This document shows positions 1 through 9,333 of a DNA stretch of 64,000 bases, piece by piece. The stretch is taken from positions 64,001 through 128,000 of the forward strand of contig CAVVXN010000003.1 in assembly GCA_963752285.1 (NCBI GenBank). The letters run 5' to 3'. Every line of letters begins with the position of its first letter. Positions within the stretch are counted from its first letter, which is position 1. The position numbers were made by a program, and so were the translations under genes. The stretch comes from an uncultured Planctomycetota bacterium. GTDB taxonomy: Bacteria; Planctomycetota; PLA2; JAEUHO01. The notes under the pieces are model-generated. The model saw nothing but the letters and a program-made list of their open reading frames with translations. It ran no database searches and was not told where the DNA came from.

Positions 1-409
1 CGCGCGCCTCGGTCTCGAAGCTCTTGACGATCTCCTCCTTCTGCGCGGCCCAGGGGAGGAGGATCTTCACCGCCACGGTCGCGTCGAGGGCTTCGTGGTG
101 CGCCCGGTACACGGTGGCCGTGCGCCCTTGTCCGATGCGCTCCTGGAGGCGGCACCGTCCGAGCACACGACCGACCAGCGGGTCGTCCTGGGGCGGGGGC
201 GGCGCCGCCGGGCGATTCGCCGGGGCGGGGCCCGCCTGCGGGGCGACGGGCTTCGCGGGGATCGCGGGCGCTCTCCCCGCGGTCGGCCGCGCGGGCGCCG
301 GGACCGTCTTCGGCGGGGTCGGCGCGGCCGGCGCCGGCCGCGCGGGCTTCGGGGGCGCGGGGGGGACGATCTTCTTGTGGGAGCGGTGGCCGGGGCGTCG
401 GGAGCGCAT
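1..409 (-). CDS. Ser/Thr protein kinase, N-terminal part (runs off the window)
   Basis: Manual translation from ATG 409: Pro/Ala-rich N-terminus, then 'LVGRVLGRCRLQERIGQGRTATVYRAHHEALDATVAVKILL...FETEAR' (Gly-loop and VAVK of Hanks kinases). TACAAT lies 6 nt upstream of the ATG. Confidence 0.85.
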   Translation of the reverse strand, partial: MRSRRPGHRSHKKIVPPAPPKPARPAPAAPTPPKTVPAPARPTAGRAPAIPAKPVAPQAGPAPANRPAAPPPPQDDPLVGRVLGRCRLQERIGQGRTATVYRAHHEALDATVAVKILLPWAAQKEEIVKSFETEAR

Positions 410-474
410 GCGGGGATTGTAGAGGACCGCGGGCCATCGCCCCGGCGGCCCCCCGCCCCCGCGCAGCCGCCGGT

Positions 475-2493
475 TCACCCCAGCTCGAGCTGCCTCCGTG
501 CGTCCACGACGTCGCGGTCGAGGCGGCGCCGGGCCTCTTCCAGGCGGGGGACGGCCGGATGGGCCGGGTCCAGGGCGTGCGCGGTCTGGCGGAGGACCTG
601 GATGGTCATGCGCAGGATGCGCACGAGGTCGCCCGGCGCCAGCGAAGTCAGCGCGAGGACGCGTTCGAAGTCCGCCCCCTCGGCCCACGCCTGCACGGGG
701 CCGGCGATGTCGAAGTCCGGCGGGCGGACGGGCGGATCGATGCCGCGCAGGACCTCGTCGGCCTGGAAGGCCTCCATGTGCAGGCGGAACGGCGCGGCGA
801 CGCCCTTGAGCGACCGGGTCGCCGGCGCCGACGCGTCCTGGGGGCGCGGATCGTAGATGATCGCCGCGAAGAGCATGGCCATCTCGACCGGGCCGCACCG
901 CTCGATCCACCCGCCCTCGGCGGCCTCCGTCACGCTCACCTCGTACCCGTTCACGCGGGCGCAGAGGCGACCCTTCGCCGTGAGCCTCCCCTCGGCCACG
1001 TACCCCCGCGCCTCGAGCAGGTCGAGGCGCGCGCGGATCGAGGCCTCCCCGCGGCGTCGCGCGGCGCTCGACCGGCGGCGCTGCCAGTGCGCGAACGAGC
1101 GCTCCCACGCCTCGGCGACGCCCTCGCCGATACGCCGATACAGGTTGAGGATCCCGCTGTAGCCGAGGTTGAATCGGCTCGTCACAGGCTCCACGCGGCC
1201 GGACTGGTACCGCTCCAGCTCGGGCGGTCCGATCCGGGTCTCGTCGAGGATCGCGTACACGAACCCGCGCTCGTCGAGCCCCTGGCGGCCCGCGCGCCCG
1301 GCCATCTGCCAGTATTCCCGCGCCAGGATCGGGCCGAACGAGACGCCGTCGAACTTCGACAGGTCGTGGAACACGACGGTCCGCGCGGGCATGTTCACGC
1401 CGAGCGAGAAGGTCTCGGTGGCGAAGAGGAGCTTCACGAGCCCCGTCGTGAAGAGACGCTCGACGATCTCCTTGTCGATCGGGAGCATGCCCGCGTGGTG
1501 GTGCAGCACGCCGCGCGACGCGAGGCTGCGGATCGCGATCGTGTCGTACGCGTCGCGCACCTCGTAGCGGTCGGCCAGCTCGTCGAAGAGCGCGAGCATG
1601 CGGCGGCGCTCCTCCGGCGAGAGGAGGTCGCGCGCCGCGCTCCTCCGCGCGAGCCGCTCGCACTCGAGGCGGCTGAAGCAGAAGTAGATGGCCGGGAGGA
1701 GCGCGCGGCGCTCCAGGTGGTCGATCAGCTTCTCGCTCGCGGCCTCGGCCACCTCCGCCCGGGCGCGTCGGCCGCGGGGGCGCCCCCGGCGCCGGCCGCG
1801 GTCCTCCTCGCGCGCGAAGCGGCCCCGTTCGACGAAGTGGCGCCGGACCTCGGCGAGCGAGCGCGGTCCGAGGCCCGGGATCCACGTCTTGTGCGCCAGC
1901 GGGACCGGGCGCTCGTCCTCTTCGATGACGTCCACCGGGACGCCGCGCACGTCGGCGACCCACGCGGCGAAGTCGCGCACGTTCGGCACCGTCGCGGAGA
2001 GCGCGACGACCCGGATGTGCCGCGGCGCGTAGATCAGCGACTCCTCCCACACCGTGCCGCGTTCGCGGTCGTCGAGGTAGTGGACCTCGTCGAACACGAC
2101 GAAGTCGAAGCCGGACAGCCTCTCGGGCGCCTCGAAGATCGTGTTCCGGAAGATCTCGGTCGTCATGACGAGGAGCGGCGCCTCCGGCTGGAGCGTCACG
2201 TCGCCCGTCATGATCCCCACGCGCTCGTCGCCGTAGGAGGCGCGGAAGTCGCGGAACTTCTGGTTCGACAGCGCCTTGATCGGGCTCGTGTAGACGACGC
2301 GTCGGTTCGCGGCGAGGGCGCGCTCGACGGCGTAGTCGGCCACGAGCGTCTTGCCGGCGCCCGTCGGCGCGGCCACGACGACGCTCCGTCCGGAGAAGAT
2401 GGCGGCGATCGCCTCTCGTTGGAACGGGAAGAGGGTGAGGCCCCGGAACGTGCTCGGCCCGACGTCCGGCCCTTCCGACGAGGGATCCGACAT
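475..2493 (-). CDS. DEAD/DEAH-box helicase, Ski2/HelY-like
   Basis: APTGAGKT Walker A, PIKALSNQK, DEVH, SAT, HHAG, TETFSLGVN and QMAGRAGR motifs; DSHCT-like C-terminus. Confidence 0.93.
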   Translation of the reverse strand: MSDPSSEGPDVGPSTFRGLTLFPFQREAIAAIFSGRSVVVAAPTGAGKTLVADYAVERALAANRRVVYTSPIKALSNQKFRDFRASYGDERVGIMTGDVTLQPEAPLLVMTTEIFRNTIFEAPERLSGFDFVVFDEVHYLDDRERGTVWEESLIYAPRHIRVVALSATVPNVRDFAAWVADVRGVPVDVIEEDERPVPLAHKTWIPGLGPRSLAEVRRHFVERGRFAREEDRGRRRGRPRGRRARAEVAEAASEKLIDHLERRALLPAIYFCFSRLECERLARRSAARDLLSPEERRRMLALFDELADRYEVRDAYDTIAIRSLASRGVLHHHAGMLPIDKEIVERLFTTGLVKLLFATETFSLGVNMPARTVVFHDLSKFDGVSFGPILAREYWQMAGRAGRQGLDERGFVYAILDETRIGPPELERYQSGRVEPVTSRFNLGYSGILNLYRRIGEGVAEAWERSFAHWQRRRSSAARRRGEASIRARLDLLEARGYVAEGRLTAKGRLCARVNGYEVSVTEAAEGGWIERCGPVEMAMLFAAIIYDPRPQDASAPATRSLKGVAAPFRLHMEAFQADEVLRGIDPPVRPPDFDIAGPVQAWAEGADFERVLALTSLAPGDLVRILRMTIQVLRQTAHALDPAHPAVPRLEEARRRLDRDVVDARRQLELG

Positions 2494-2549
2494 GGGGTGA
2501 GCATACGGGACGCCGACCGCGAGGGGGGCCGGGGTAGGATGCGCCCGCG

Positions 2550-2873
2550 ATGACGCGCCCCTCCCTCTCGTTCGCCGTGCTGCCGGCGCTGCTCCTGTCG
2601 GCGTGCGCCGCGAACCCGGTCGCGCGCCGTCTGACGTACGCCGAGGTCCAGGCGATCAACCCCGGCGTCCGGGCCCAATGGCTCGAGGACGAGTACCCCT
2701 TCGGCCGCGTGCTCGCGCGGTGGCCGGACGGGACCCCGCGCCAGACGTCCTACCTCGTGACCGACCCCGCGGGGCACGGTCAGACGCTGACCCTCGACTT
2801 CGACCCGTCCGGGACCCTGGTCGCGCGCCGGTACTCCGGACCCGTGCTCCGGCCTCCGCCGGACCAGAAGTAG
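2550..2873 (+). CDS. putative lipoprotein
   Basis: Hydrophobic signal with LLLSAC lipobox; first gene of a tightly packed operon. Confidence 0.7.
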   Translation: MTRPSLSFAVLPALLLSACAANPVARRLTYAEVQAINPGVRAQWLEDEYPFGRVLARWPDGTPRQTSYLVTDPAGHGQTLTLDFDPSGTLVARRYSGPVLRPPPDQK

Positions 2874-2880
2874 GTCTCCC

Positions 2881-3480
2881 GTGGCGGGGCGCGGCGGGGG
2901 GCGTCACGGCGGGGCCGAGGGCGGCGGGCGCGCGGGCCCCTTCGCGAGCGGTCTCGCCCTCCTCCTCCTGAGGCTCTTCGCGGGCGCCCTCTTCTTCTAC
3001 AGCGCGTGGTGGAAGCTGGTCCAGCCGGGCTTCTCGCTCGGGGAGATCGTGGACACGTTCCGGAGCGAGTACGTGCAGACCGTCCAGGCGGCCATCGCGA
3101 ACCCCCCGGCGCTGCTCGGACTCCGGCTCGACCTGTTCGCGTCGTTCCTCCGCGACGTCATGCTGCCCGCGGCGCCCGTCGCGGCGCCGGCCCTGCTCTT
3201 CTTCGAGGCGTTCCTCGGCGTGAGCCTGCTCCTCGGCTTCGGCGTCCGGCTCTTCGCCGCCCTCGGCGTCGTGATGATGCTCGGCTACTCGCTCGCGAAG
3301 CCGTACGCGATGCCGGACGGCGGCGTCACACCCGGCGTTCCGCTCCTCTCCGTCAAGAGCGCGAACTGGCCGCTCACGTTCCTCCTCCTGGCCCTCGCGC
3401 TCCTCGCCGCGGGGCGCGTCGTGGGTCTGGACGCTCGCTGGCGGCGCGACGCCCCGCCCTGGCTCCGGTGGATCGGGTAG
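2881..3480 (+). CDS. DoxX/DoxD-like membrane protein
   Basis: 'LLLRLFAGALFFYSAWWKL', 'EAFLGVSLLLGFGVRLFA' and 'AGRVVGLD' match the DoxX pattern; four hydrophobic segments. Confidence 0.65.
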   Translation: MAGRGGGRHGGAEGGGRAGPFASGLALLLLRLFAGALFFYSAWWKLVQPGFSLGEIVDTFRSEYVQTVQAAIANPPALLGLRLDLFASFLRDVMLPAAPVAAPALLFFEAFLGVSLLLGFGVRLFAALGVVMMLGYSLAKPYAMPDGGVTPGVPLLSVKSANWPLTFLLLALALLAAGRVVGLDARWRRDAPPWLRWIG

Positions 3481-3489
3481 CCTTCCCGC

Positions 3490-4296
3490 ATGTCCCGCCT
3501 CGAGATCGAAGACGTCTCCTTCGCGTACGGGAAGCGCGTGGTGCTCGACCAGGTACGCCTCCGGGTGGACGCCGGCGAGGTCGTCGCCCTCGTGGGGCCG
3601 AACGGCGCGGGGAAGACGACGCTCCTGCGCGTGGCGTCGGGCTGGCTCCGCCCCGGACACGGGCGCGTCCTCGTGGACGGCGCGTCGGTCCACGGCCTCG
3701 GGCGCGCCGAGGCGGCCCGGAAGGTCGCGGGGCTCGCCGTGGACGACGACGCGGGGTTCCCGTTCACCGTCCGGGACACGGTCGCCCTCGGCCGCCACCC
3801 GTGGCGGGGGGCGTTCGGCCGACTCGCGCCGGCCGAGGCGCGTCGCGTCGAGGACGCGCTCGAGGCCACCGGCCTCGTGGCGCTCGCCGACCGGCCGCTG
3901 CCCCGACTCTCGAGCGGCGAGCGCCGCCGCGCGGCCCTCGCGCGGTGCCTCGCGCAGGACGGACGCGTCGTCCTCCTCGACGAGCCCACCTCGCACCTCG
4001 ACCTCGGGTTCCGGCAGCGTCTCCTGGGCGTGCTCCGGGCCCGCGCGCGCGCCGGGGGACAGGCGGTGCTCGCCGCGCTGCACGACCTGAACGTGGCCGC
4101 CCTCTTCGCCGATCGGATCGTGCTGCTCGTCGGGGGGCGGGTGCGGGCCGACGGCGCGCCGCGGGACGTCCTCCGCGCGGACGTGCTCGAGGCCGCGTTC
4201 GACGCGCGGGTCCGTGTGCTCGAACATCCGACGACCGGCGTTCCCGTGGTCGTCGCGGAACCGGCGGGCCCGGCCCCGCCGCGAGGAGGCGCGTGA
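3490..4296 (+). CDS. ABC transporter ATP-binding protein, FepC/BtuD-like
   Basis: GPNGAGKT, LSSGE, LLDEPTSHLD and LHDLN motifs. Confidence 0.92.
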   Translation: MSRLEIEDVSFAYGKRVVLDQVRLRVDAGEVVALVGPNGAGKTTLLRVASGWLRPGHGRVLVDGASVHGLGRAEAARKVAGLAVDDDAGFPFTVRDTVALGRHPWRGAFGRLAPAEARRVEDALEATGLVALADRPLPRLSSGERRRAALARCLAQDGRVVLLDEPTSHLDLGFRQRLLGVLRARARAGGQAVLAALHDLNVAALFADRIVLLVGGRVRADGAPRDVLRADVLEAAFDARVRVLEHPTTGVPVVVAEPAGPAPPRGGA

Positions 4297-5294
4297 TGCG
4301 ACGACCCACTCGGCTCGTGGCGATCGCACTCGCCGCGACGCTCGTCTCGACCGCCGGCTGCGGAGACGACGCGCCCGCTCCGCCGTCCTGCGTCGGTCGG
4401 CTCGAGCCGCGGACCACGCCCGAGGACGGCGCGTGGGTCCGCGCGGTCCTGAGGGAGGGGAAGCAGACGAAGGTCGTCGAAGCGGGCCGCAAGGGCAAGA
4501 CCTGGGTCGTCCCGGCCGACCCGCGGCGCGTGGTGAGCACGCTGCCTGGGATCACCGAGATCGTCGGCTACCTGGAGGCCTTGGACCGCCTCGTCGCGGT
4601 CTCGCCCTGGTGCGACACGCCTCCGTCCGTGGACCTGCTCCCTCGCGTCTCCGTGCAGCCCATCGCGTGGGAGCAGCTGACCGAGCTCCAGCCGGACCTC
4701 GTGCTGGTGGACCCCACGCTCCTCGCGGCCGACATGGAAGAGCTCCAGCGCCGCGTGCCCGCCGTGCTGCCGGTCGAGAGCACCTCGCTCGAGCACCTCC
4801 GGACGAGCATCCGCATGCTCGGCGACGTGTTCGGGACGCCCCGCGCGCGCGAGCAGGCGCTCCGGTTCTCGCGGCGCCTCGACGACGCGTTGAACCAGGC
4901 GCAACGGCCCGAGGGCGTCCCGCCGCCGCGCGTGCTCGTGCTCGCGCAGACCGACCCGCCCTTCGCGCTCGGGCCCGGGTCGCTCCTCGACGACATGCTC
5001 CGCGCGACGGGGGCCCTCGACCTCGCGTGCGACATGGGGCGCGCCTCCGGGCCGTTTGCCCCGGAGCTGGTGCGGACCCGGCGCCCGGACTGGATCCTCA
5101 CCACCCACGAGCGTCTCGGCGACGCGTGGACGAACCGCTGGGCCGACGTCCCGGCGGTCCAAAACGAGCACGCCGTGCTCGCGGACGCGAACGACCTCGT
5201 GCGCGCGGGCCCGCGCACCCCCGACGCGCTCGTCCGGCTCGCGGACGTGCTGTACGGGCGCGCCTCGCCGGACGTCCTCTCGGAGGGCCCTTGA
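4296..5294 (+). CDS. helical-backbone metal/cobalamin-binding lipoprotein (BtuF-like)
   Basis: ATG overlaps the upstream TGA; lipobox TAGC; 'PRRVVSTLPGITEI', 'LQPDLVL' and 'LVRAGPR' motifs. Confidence 0.85.
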   Translation: MRRPTRLVAIALAATLVSTAGCGDDAPAPPSCVGRLEPRTTPEDGAWVRAVLREGKQTKVVEAGRKGKTWVVPADPRRVVSTLPGITEIVGYLEALDRLVAVSPWCDTPPSVDLLPRVSVQPIAWEQLTELQPDLVLVDPTLLAADMEELQRRVPAVLPVESTSLEHLRTSIRMLGDVFGTPRAREQALRFSRRLDDALNQAQRPEGVPPPRVLVLAQTDPPFALGPGSLLDDMLRATGALDLACDMGRASGPFAPELVRTRRPDWILTTHERLGDAWTNRWADVPAVQNEHAVLADANDLVRAGPRTPDALVRLADVLYGRASPDVLSEGP

Positions 5295-6271
5295 GGGCGG
5301 CGCGTCCGGCCGTCCTCGCCGGGGCGTTCGCGGTCCTCTCGGCCGGGGTCGCGCTGGGGCTGGGCCCCAGCCACGTCGGCTTCGGCGACCTGGGCGCGCT
5401 CCTCGCGGGGCACGTCTCGCCGATCGCGCGGGAGGTGCTCCTCCACGACCGGCTCCCGGCCGTCCTCCTCGGCCTGCTCGTCGGCGCGTCCCTCGCCGTC
5501 GCGGGCGTGATCCTCCAGGCGCTCCTGAGGAACGACCTCGCGGAGCCGTACCTGGTGGGCGTCGGACCGGGCGCGTACCTCGGCGTCACGGCCGTGGCCC
5601 TCCTCGCGGCGGGCACCCGCGCCTTCCCGTCGGCCCTCGCGCGCGGCGCGGGCGCGCTCGTCGGGGCCGTGCTCGTGAGCGCGGTCGTCTTCACGTTCGC
5701 GCGGCGCGCCCGCGGCCTGGGCCCGACGCTCCTCCTCGCGGGCGTCGCGCTCGGCGCGTTCGTGTCGGCGGTCGCCACGGCGGCCCTCTACACGGCCGTG
5801 CCCGACTGGCAACGTGTCGTGACCTGGCTGCTCGGCCACCTCGACCCGCGCGGGACCGGCGACCTCGCCCTCGTCGGCGTGTGCCTCGCCGTCGCCGGCG
5901 GCGCGGCGGTGGTCCGCGCGCGCGACCTCGACGCCGTCGCACTGGGCGAGGAGGGCGCGTGGCTCGTCGGCGTGCACGTCTCGCGCCTCACGGTCGGCAT
6001 GGGCCTCCTCGCCGCCCTCCTCGCGGCGGCCGCGGTGGCGACTTCGGGGCTCATCGGCTTCGTGGGACTGCTCGTCCCGCACCTGGCCCGACGCCTCTCT
6101 GGACCGAAGCACCGCCTGCTGGTCCCGACCGCGGCGGCGCTGGGGGCGGGGCTCCTCGTCCTGGCCGATGCGCTCGCGCGGACCGTCCACCCGCCGCTCG
6201 TGCTCCCCGTGGGCGTCGTCACGGCCGCGCTGGGGGCGCCGGGGCTGCTGGTGTTGCTGCTGAAGCGCTGA
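5291..6271 (+). CDS. FecCD/BtuC-family ABC permease
   Basis: TTG start overlaps the upstream stop; 'QALLRNDLAEPYLVG', 'LGEEGAWLVG', 'GLIGFVGLLVPH' and 'LPVGVVTA' motifs. Confidence 0.9.
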   Translation: MRAARPAVLAGAFAVLSAGVALGLGPSHVGFGDLGALLAGHVSPIAREVLLHDRLPAVLLGLLVGASLAVAGVILQALLRNDLAEPYLVGVGPGAYLGVTAVALLAAGTRAFPSALARGAGALVGAVLVSAVVFTFARRARGLGPTLLLAGVALGAFVSAVATAALYTAVPDWQRVVTWLLGHLDPRGTGDLALVGVCLAVAGGAAVVRARDLDAVALGEEGAWLVGVHVSRLTVGMGLLAALLAAAAVATSGLIGFVGLLVPHLARRLSGPKHRLLVPTAAALGAGLLVLADALARTVHPPLVLPVGVVTAALGAPGLLVLLLKR

Positions 6272-6481
6272 GCGGCGCGAGGCGGGCGATCGGCCGGCCG
6301 GAGCCGCGCTTGGCCGAGATCGACGGGCGGGGGCGAGGGGGGCGCCGGGTCGGGGGGCGCCTGCCGTCGTACCTCGGGACCGCGCTCGGGTCGGGGGAAG
6401 GGGGCTCCCGGACCGGCCGCGACGCGCCCCGGGACGCGGGCGAGCATACGCGGGACCCGCCTCGTCCCCCGGAGGGCCTCG

Positions 6482-9268
6482 ATGGCGTCTTCCTCGCCCC
6501 GCTCGGTCCGCGTCTGGCTGCTCGTCGGTCTCCTCGGGATCGGGCTGCTCGCGGCGTTCCTCTTCGTCGCGGACCCGTTCGGCCTCGGCCACGCGATCGA
6601 CCGCCCGACCGCGAACGGCGCGGCCACGTCCCTCGGAGAGGAGGGCGCGGCCCCGGAGAAGGCCCCGGTCGTGGCGACCGCCGGCGCGCTCTCGGGCCGC
6701 TTCGGCGAGGCGGACCTCGGTCGCGTGCGGCTCCGACTTCTCGACGTGGTCGGCCGGCGCCCGATCGCGAGCGAGCGCCTGCTCCTCTACGACCGCACGG
6801 GCGGCCGCGTCGAGGCGGTCTCCGGCGAGGACGGCGTGACGCTCTTCGAGCGCCTCGTGCCGCGGCGGGGCTACCGGCTGGAGATCCAGGTCCCGGAGCA
6901 CGCCGCCGTCCACGTCCAGGGCGTCGAGGTGAAGCCCGGCGCGACGACCGACCTCGGCGACATCCTCGTCGGCGCGAACCTCGTGCTCCGAGGGCGCGTC
7001 GTCGACGGCAGCGGCCGCGCCGTGGCGGGCGCGTCGGTCGCGGTCTACACCGAGGCGCGGTCCATGCTCGCCGAGGGCATCGTCTTCGCGATGGCCGCGC
7101 AGCTCACCACGTTCCCGAGCGCGCTCGACGAGGCGACGTCCGACGACCAGGGCTGGTTCACGCTGAAGGAGCTCGGGGCCGGGACGTATCGCCTCGAGGC
7201 CCGCCGCGCCGGCTACGCGACGCGATACGAGCCGGGCGTGGTCGTCGCGGAGGACCGACCCGCTCGCGACATGACGATCGTCCTCGGCGAGGGCGCCGCG
7301 ATGATCGGCGTCGTGAAGGACGAGTCCGGCAAGCCCGTCGAGGGCGCCCGCGTGGTCGCGGTGAAGGACGACGGACGGCGCTTCCTCGCGAGCTCGACGT
7401 TCGAGCGGGACGTGGCCACCACGGACGCCGCGGGTCGCTACGCGATCGAGACGCTCATGCAGGGCATGTCGTACCGCTTCGGCGTGTTGGCCGACGGCTT
7501 CGCCACCCTGTACGAGACGAACCCCGTCGAGCTGCTCACCAAGAAGATGGAGAAGGACTTCCAGCTCCTGCGCGGCGGGTCGGTCACCGGCCGTGTCGTG
7601 AGGAAGGAGGACGGGAAGCCCGTCTCCGGGGCCGAGGTCGCGATGGCGGTGGGGCGCCTCGGGTTCGGCCGGGGCCGGGGCGGCGACGCGAGCGACCGCG
7701 CCGCGCCGCTCGTCACCCGGACCGGGGACGACGGGGCGTTCCGCTTCGACAACGTGCTCCCGGGTCCGGTCCTCACGGCGCAGGTGCGGGCGCCGGGCTA
7801 CGTCTCGTACGTCGCGTCGCCGTTCGCGGGGAGCCCCTGGGGCGAGATCGCGGCGGGCGAGGAGTTCGAGGCGCCGCTCGTCGAGCTCGAGCGGGGGGGC
7901 TCCATCACGGGCCAGGTCACGGACGCCTCCACCGGTGCGCCGATCGCCGACGCGCAGGTGACCGCGCTTCCCCAGCGCATGGGCTTCATGGCGATGGCCA
8001 CGGGCACGAACGAGGCCCGGACGGACGCCACGGGCGCGTTCGCGCTCGACGGGCTCGCGCCGGCCTCCTATCGCGTCCTCGCGATCGCGGACGGGTTCGC
8101 GCCGTCGAACGCCGCGGACCCGACCCACGAGGTGGCGGTGCCCGAGGTCGGCGGGAGCGTCGTCGCCAACGTCGCGCTCTCGAAGGCCGCCGTGGTCGAG
8201 GGGGTCGTGACCGACTCGAAGGGCGAGCCGGTCGCCGGCGCGCGCGTGCGTGCCCGCGTGGCCCCGCCTCCGCGGGGCGAGGGGCGGGGACGCGGATTCG
8301 GCAACCGCCTGGCCGCGTTCCTCCCGGGCGGGAGCGCCGCCGACCTGACCGACCAGCAGGGACACTACGTCCTCGAGGGCCTGTCGGGCGACCAGCGCTG
8401 GCTCCTCACCGCCGAGGCGGACGAGTTCGTCCCGACCGAGAGCGACCCGATCGAGGTCCGCGTCGGTGAGGCGAAGAAGGTGGACCTCGTGCTCCTCGGC
8501 GGGGGCGCGATCTCGGGTCGCGTCGTGGACGACCGGGGCGGGTTCGTCGAAGGCGCGCGCGTCCGCGTCGGGCACCTGCCCGACGACCGCGCGGGCCAGG
8601 GAAGCCTCAGCGCGTGGGAGGTGGACCGCTACCTCGAGCCCTCCGTCTACGTCACGACGGAGGACGGCAAGTTCCTGGTGCCGAACATCCCGCCCGGCAT
8701 CGCGGTCGTGAAGGTCGAGCACGACGGGTTCGTGACCTTCTACAAGCGCGACGCCGTCGTTCGGGCCGACGAGACCCTCGAGAACTACACGGTCTCGCTC
8801 TCGCGCGGCGACGTGATGGAGGGTCTCGTGAAGTCGAGCGACGGTCGGCCGATCTCGGGCGCGGTCGTCGCCGTCACCAAGGCCGCCAACCCCGGCCAGG
8901 ACACGCCGGCGGGGGAGACGCCGCCGAACTCCGAGGTGGAGCCCCGCCTGAACGACCGCACCGACGCGAACGGCCACTTCCACGTCGAGAACGTTCCGCC
9001 CGGAACGTGGAACGTGATCGTCTACTTCGCGCCGGGGTACGTCGGATACGCGGGGGGACAGGACGAGAGCGCGATCCGGCGCGACGTCCCCTCGTCGTCG
9101 AAGACCGTCGAGTTCCGCCTCAAGACCGCCGAGACCGGCGGGTTCCCGGGACCCGGCGGTCCGCGGCCGCCGCGCGCCGCGCCGGCCGGGAACGGCTCGG
9201 GCACGACGCCGGCCGGGACGGGTCGGGGAGGCGGCGGCCGCGGCGGTCGCGTCCCGCCCGGCCGCTGA
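6482..9268 (+). CDS. membrane-anchored protein with repeated carboxypeptidase-regulatory-like beta-sandwich domains
   Basis: N-terminal TM segment; about 7 repeats of 'GxVxDxxGxPVxGAxV...TDxxGxF...L.pG.Y'. Confidence 0.8.
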   Translation: MASSSPRSVRVWLLVGLLGIGLLAAFLFVADPFGLGHAIDRPTANGAATSLGEEGAAPEKAPVVATAGALSGRFGEADLGRVRLRLLDVVGRRPIASERLLLYDRTGGRVEAVSGEDGVTLFERLVPRRGYRLEIQVPEHAAVHVQGVEVKPGATTDLGDILVGANLVLRGRVVDGSGRAVAGASVAVYTEARSMLAEGIVFAMAAQLTTFPSALDEATSDDQGWFTLKELGAGTYRLEARRAGYATRYEPGVVVAEDRPARDMTIVLGEGAAMIGVVKDESGKPVEGARVVAVKDDGRRFLASSTFERDVATTDAAGRYAIETLMQGMSYRFGVLADGFATLYETNPVELLTKKMEKDFQLLRGGSVTGRVVRKEDGKPVSGAEVAMAVGRLGFGRGRGGDASDRAAPLVTRTGDDGAFRFDNVLPGPVLTAQVRAPGYVSYVASPFAGSPWGEIAAGEEFEAPLVELERGGSITGQVTDASTGAPIADAQVTALPQRMGFMAMATGTNEARTDATGAFALDGLAPASYRVLAIADGFAPSNAADPTHEVAVPEVGGSVVANVALSKAAVVEGVVTDSKGEPVAGARVRARVAPPPRGEGRGRGFGNRLAAFLPGGSAADLTDQQGHYVLEGLSGDQRWLLTAEADEFVPTESDPIEVRVGEAKKVDLVLLGGGAISGRVVDDRGGFVEGARVRVGHLPDDRAGQGSLSAWEVDRYLEPSVYVTTEDGKFLVPNIPPGIAVVKVEHDGFVTFYKRDAVVRADETLENYTVSLSRGDVMEGLVKSSDGRPISGAVVAVTKAANPGQDTPAGETPPNSEVEPRLNDRTDANGHFHVENVPPGTWNVIVYFAPGYVGYAGGQDESAIRRDVPSSSKTVEFRLKTAETGGFPGPGGPRPPRAAPAGNGSGTTPAGTGRGGGGRGGRVPPGR

Positions 9269-9333
9269 CGGGCGGGCCGGGCGGCGAGGTGGCGCGAGCC
9301 TCCGCGCCCGGCCACGGGTACCTTCGGGCCGTC

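Noticed and set aside
2494..3490. Cobalamin riboswitch ahead of the Btu-like ABC genes
   Set aside because: No intergenic space or B12-box is visible, so the transporter substrate remains unassigned.
4568..8983. Very long antisense or alternate-frame ORFs (also 9022-12540, 47615-51007, 56667-61085 and others)
   Set aside because: GC-shadow ORFs overlapping well-supported genes, with no recognisable motifs.
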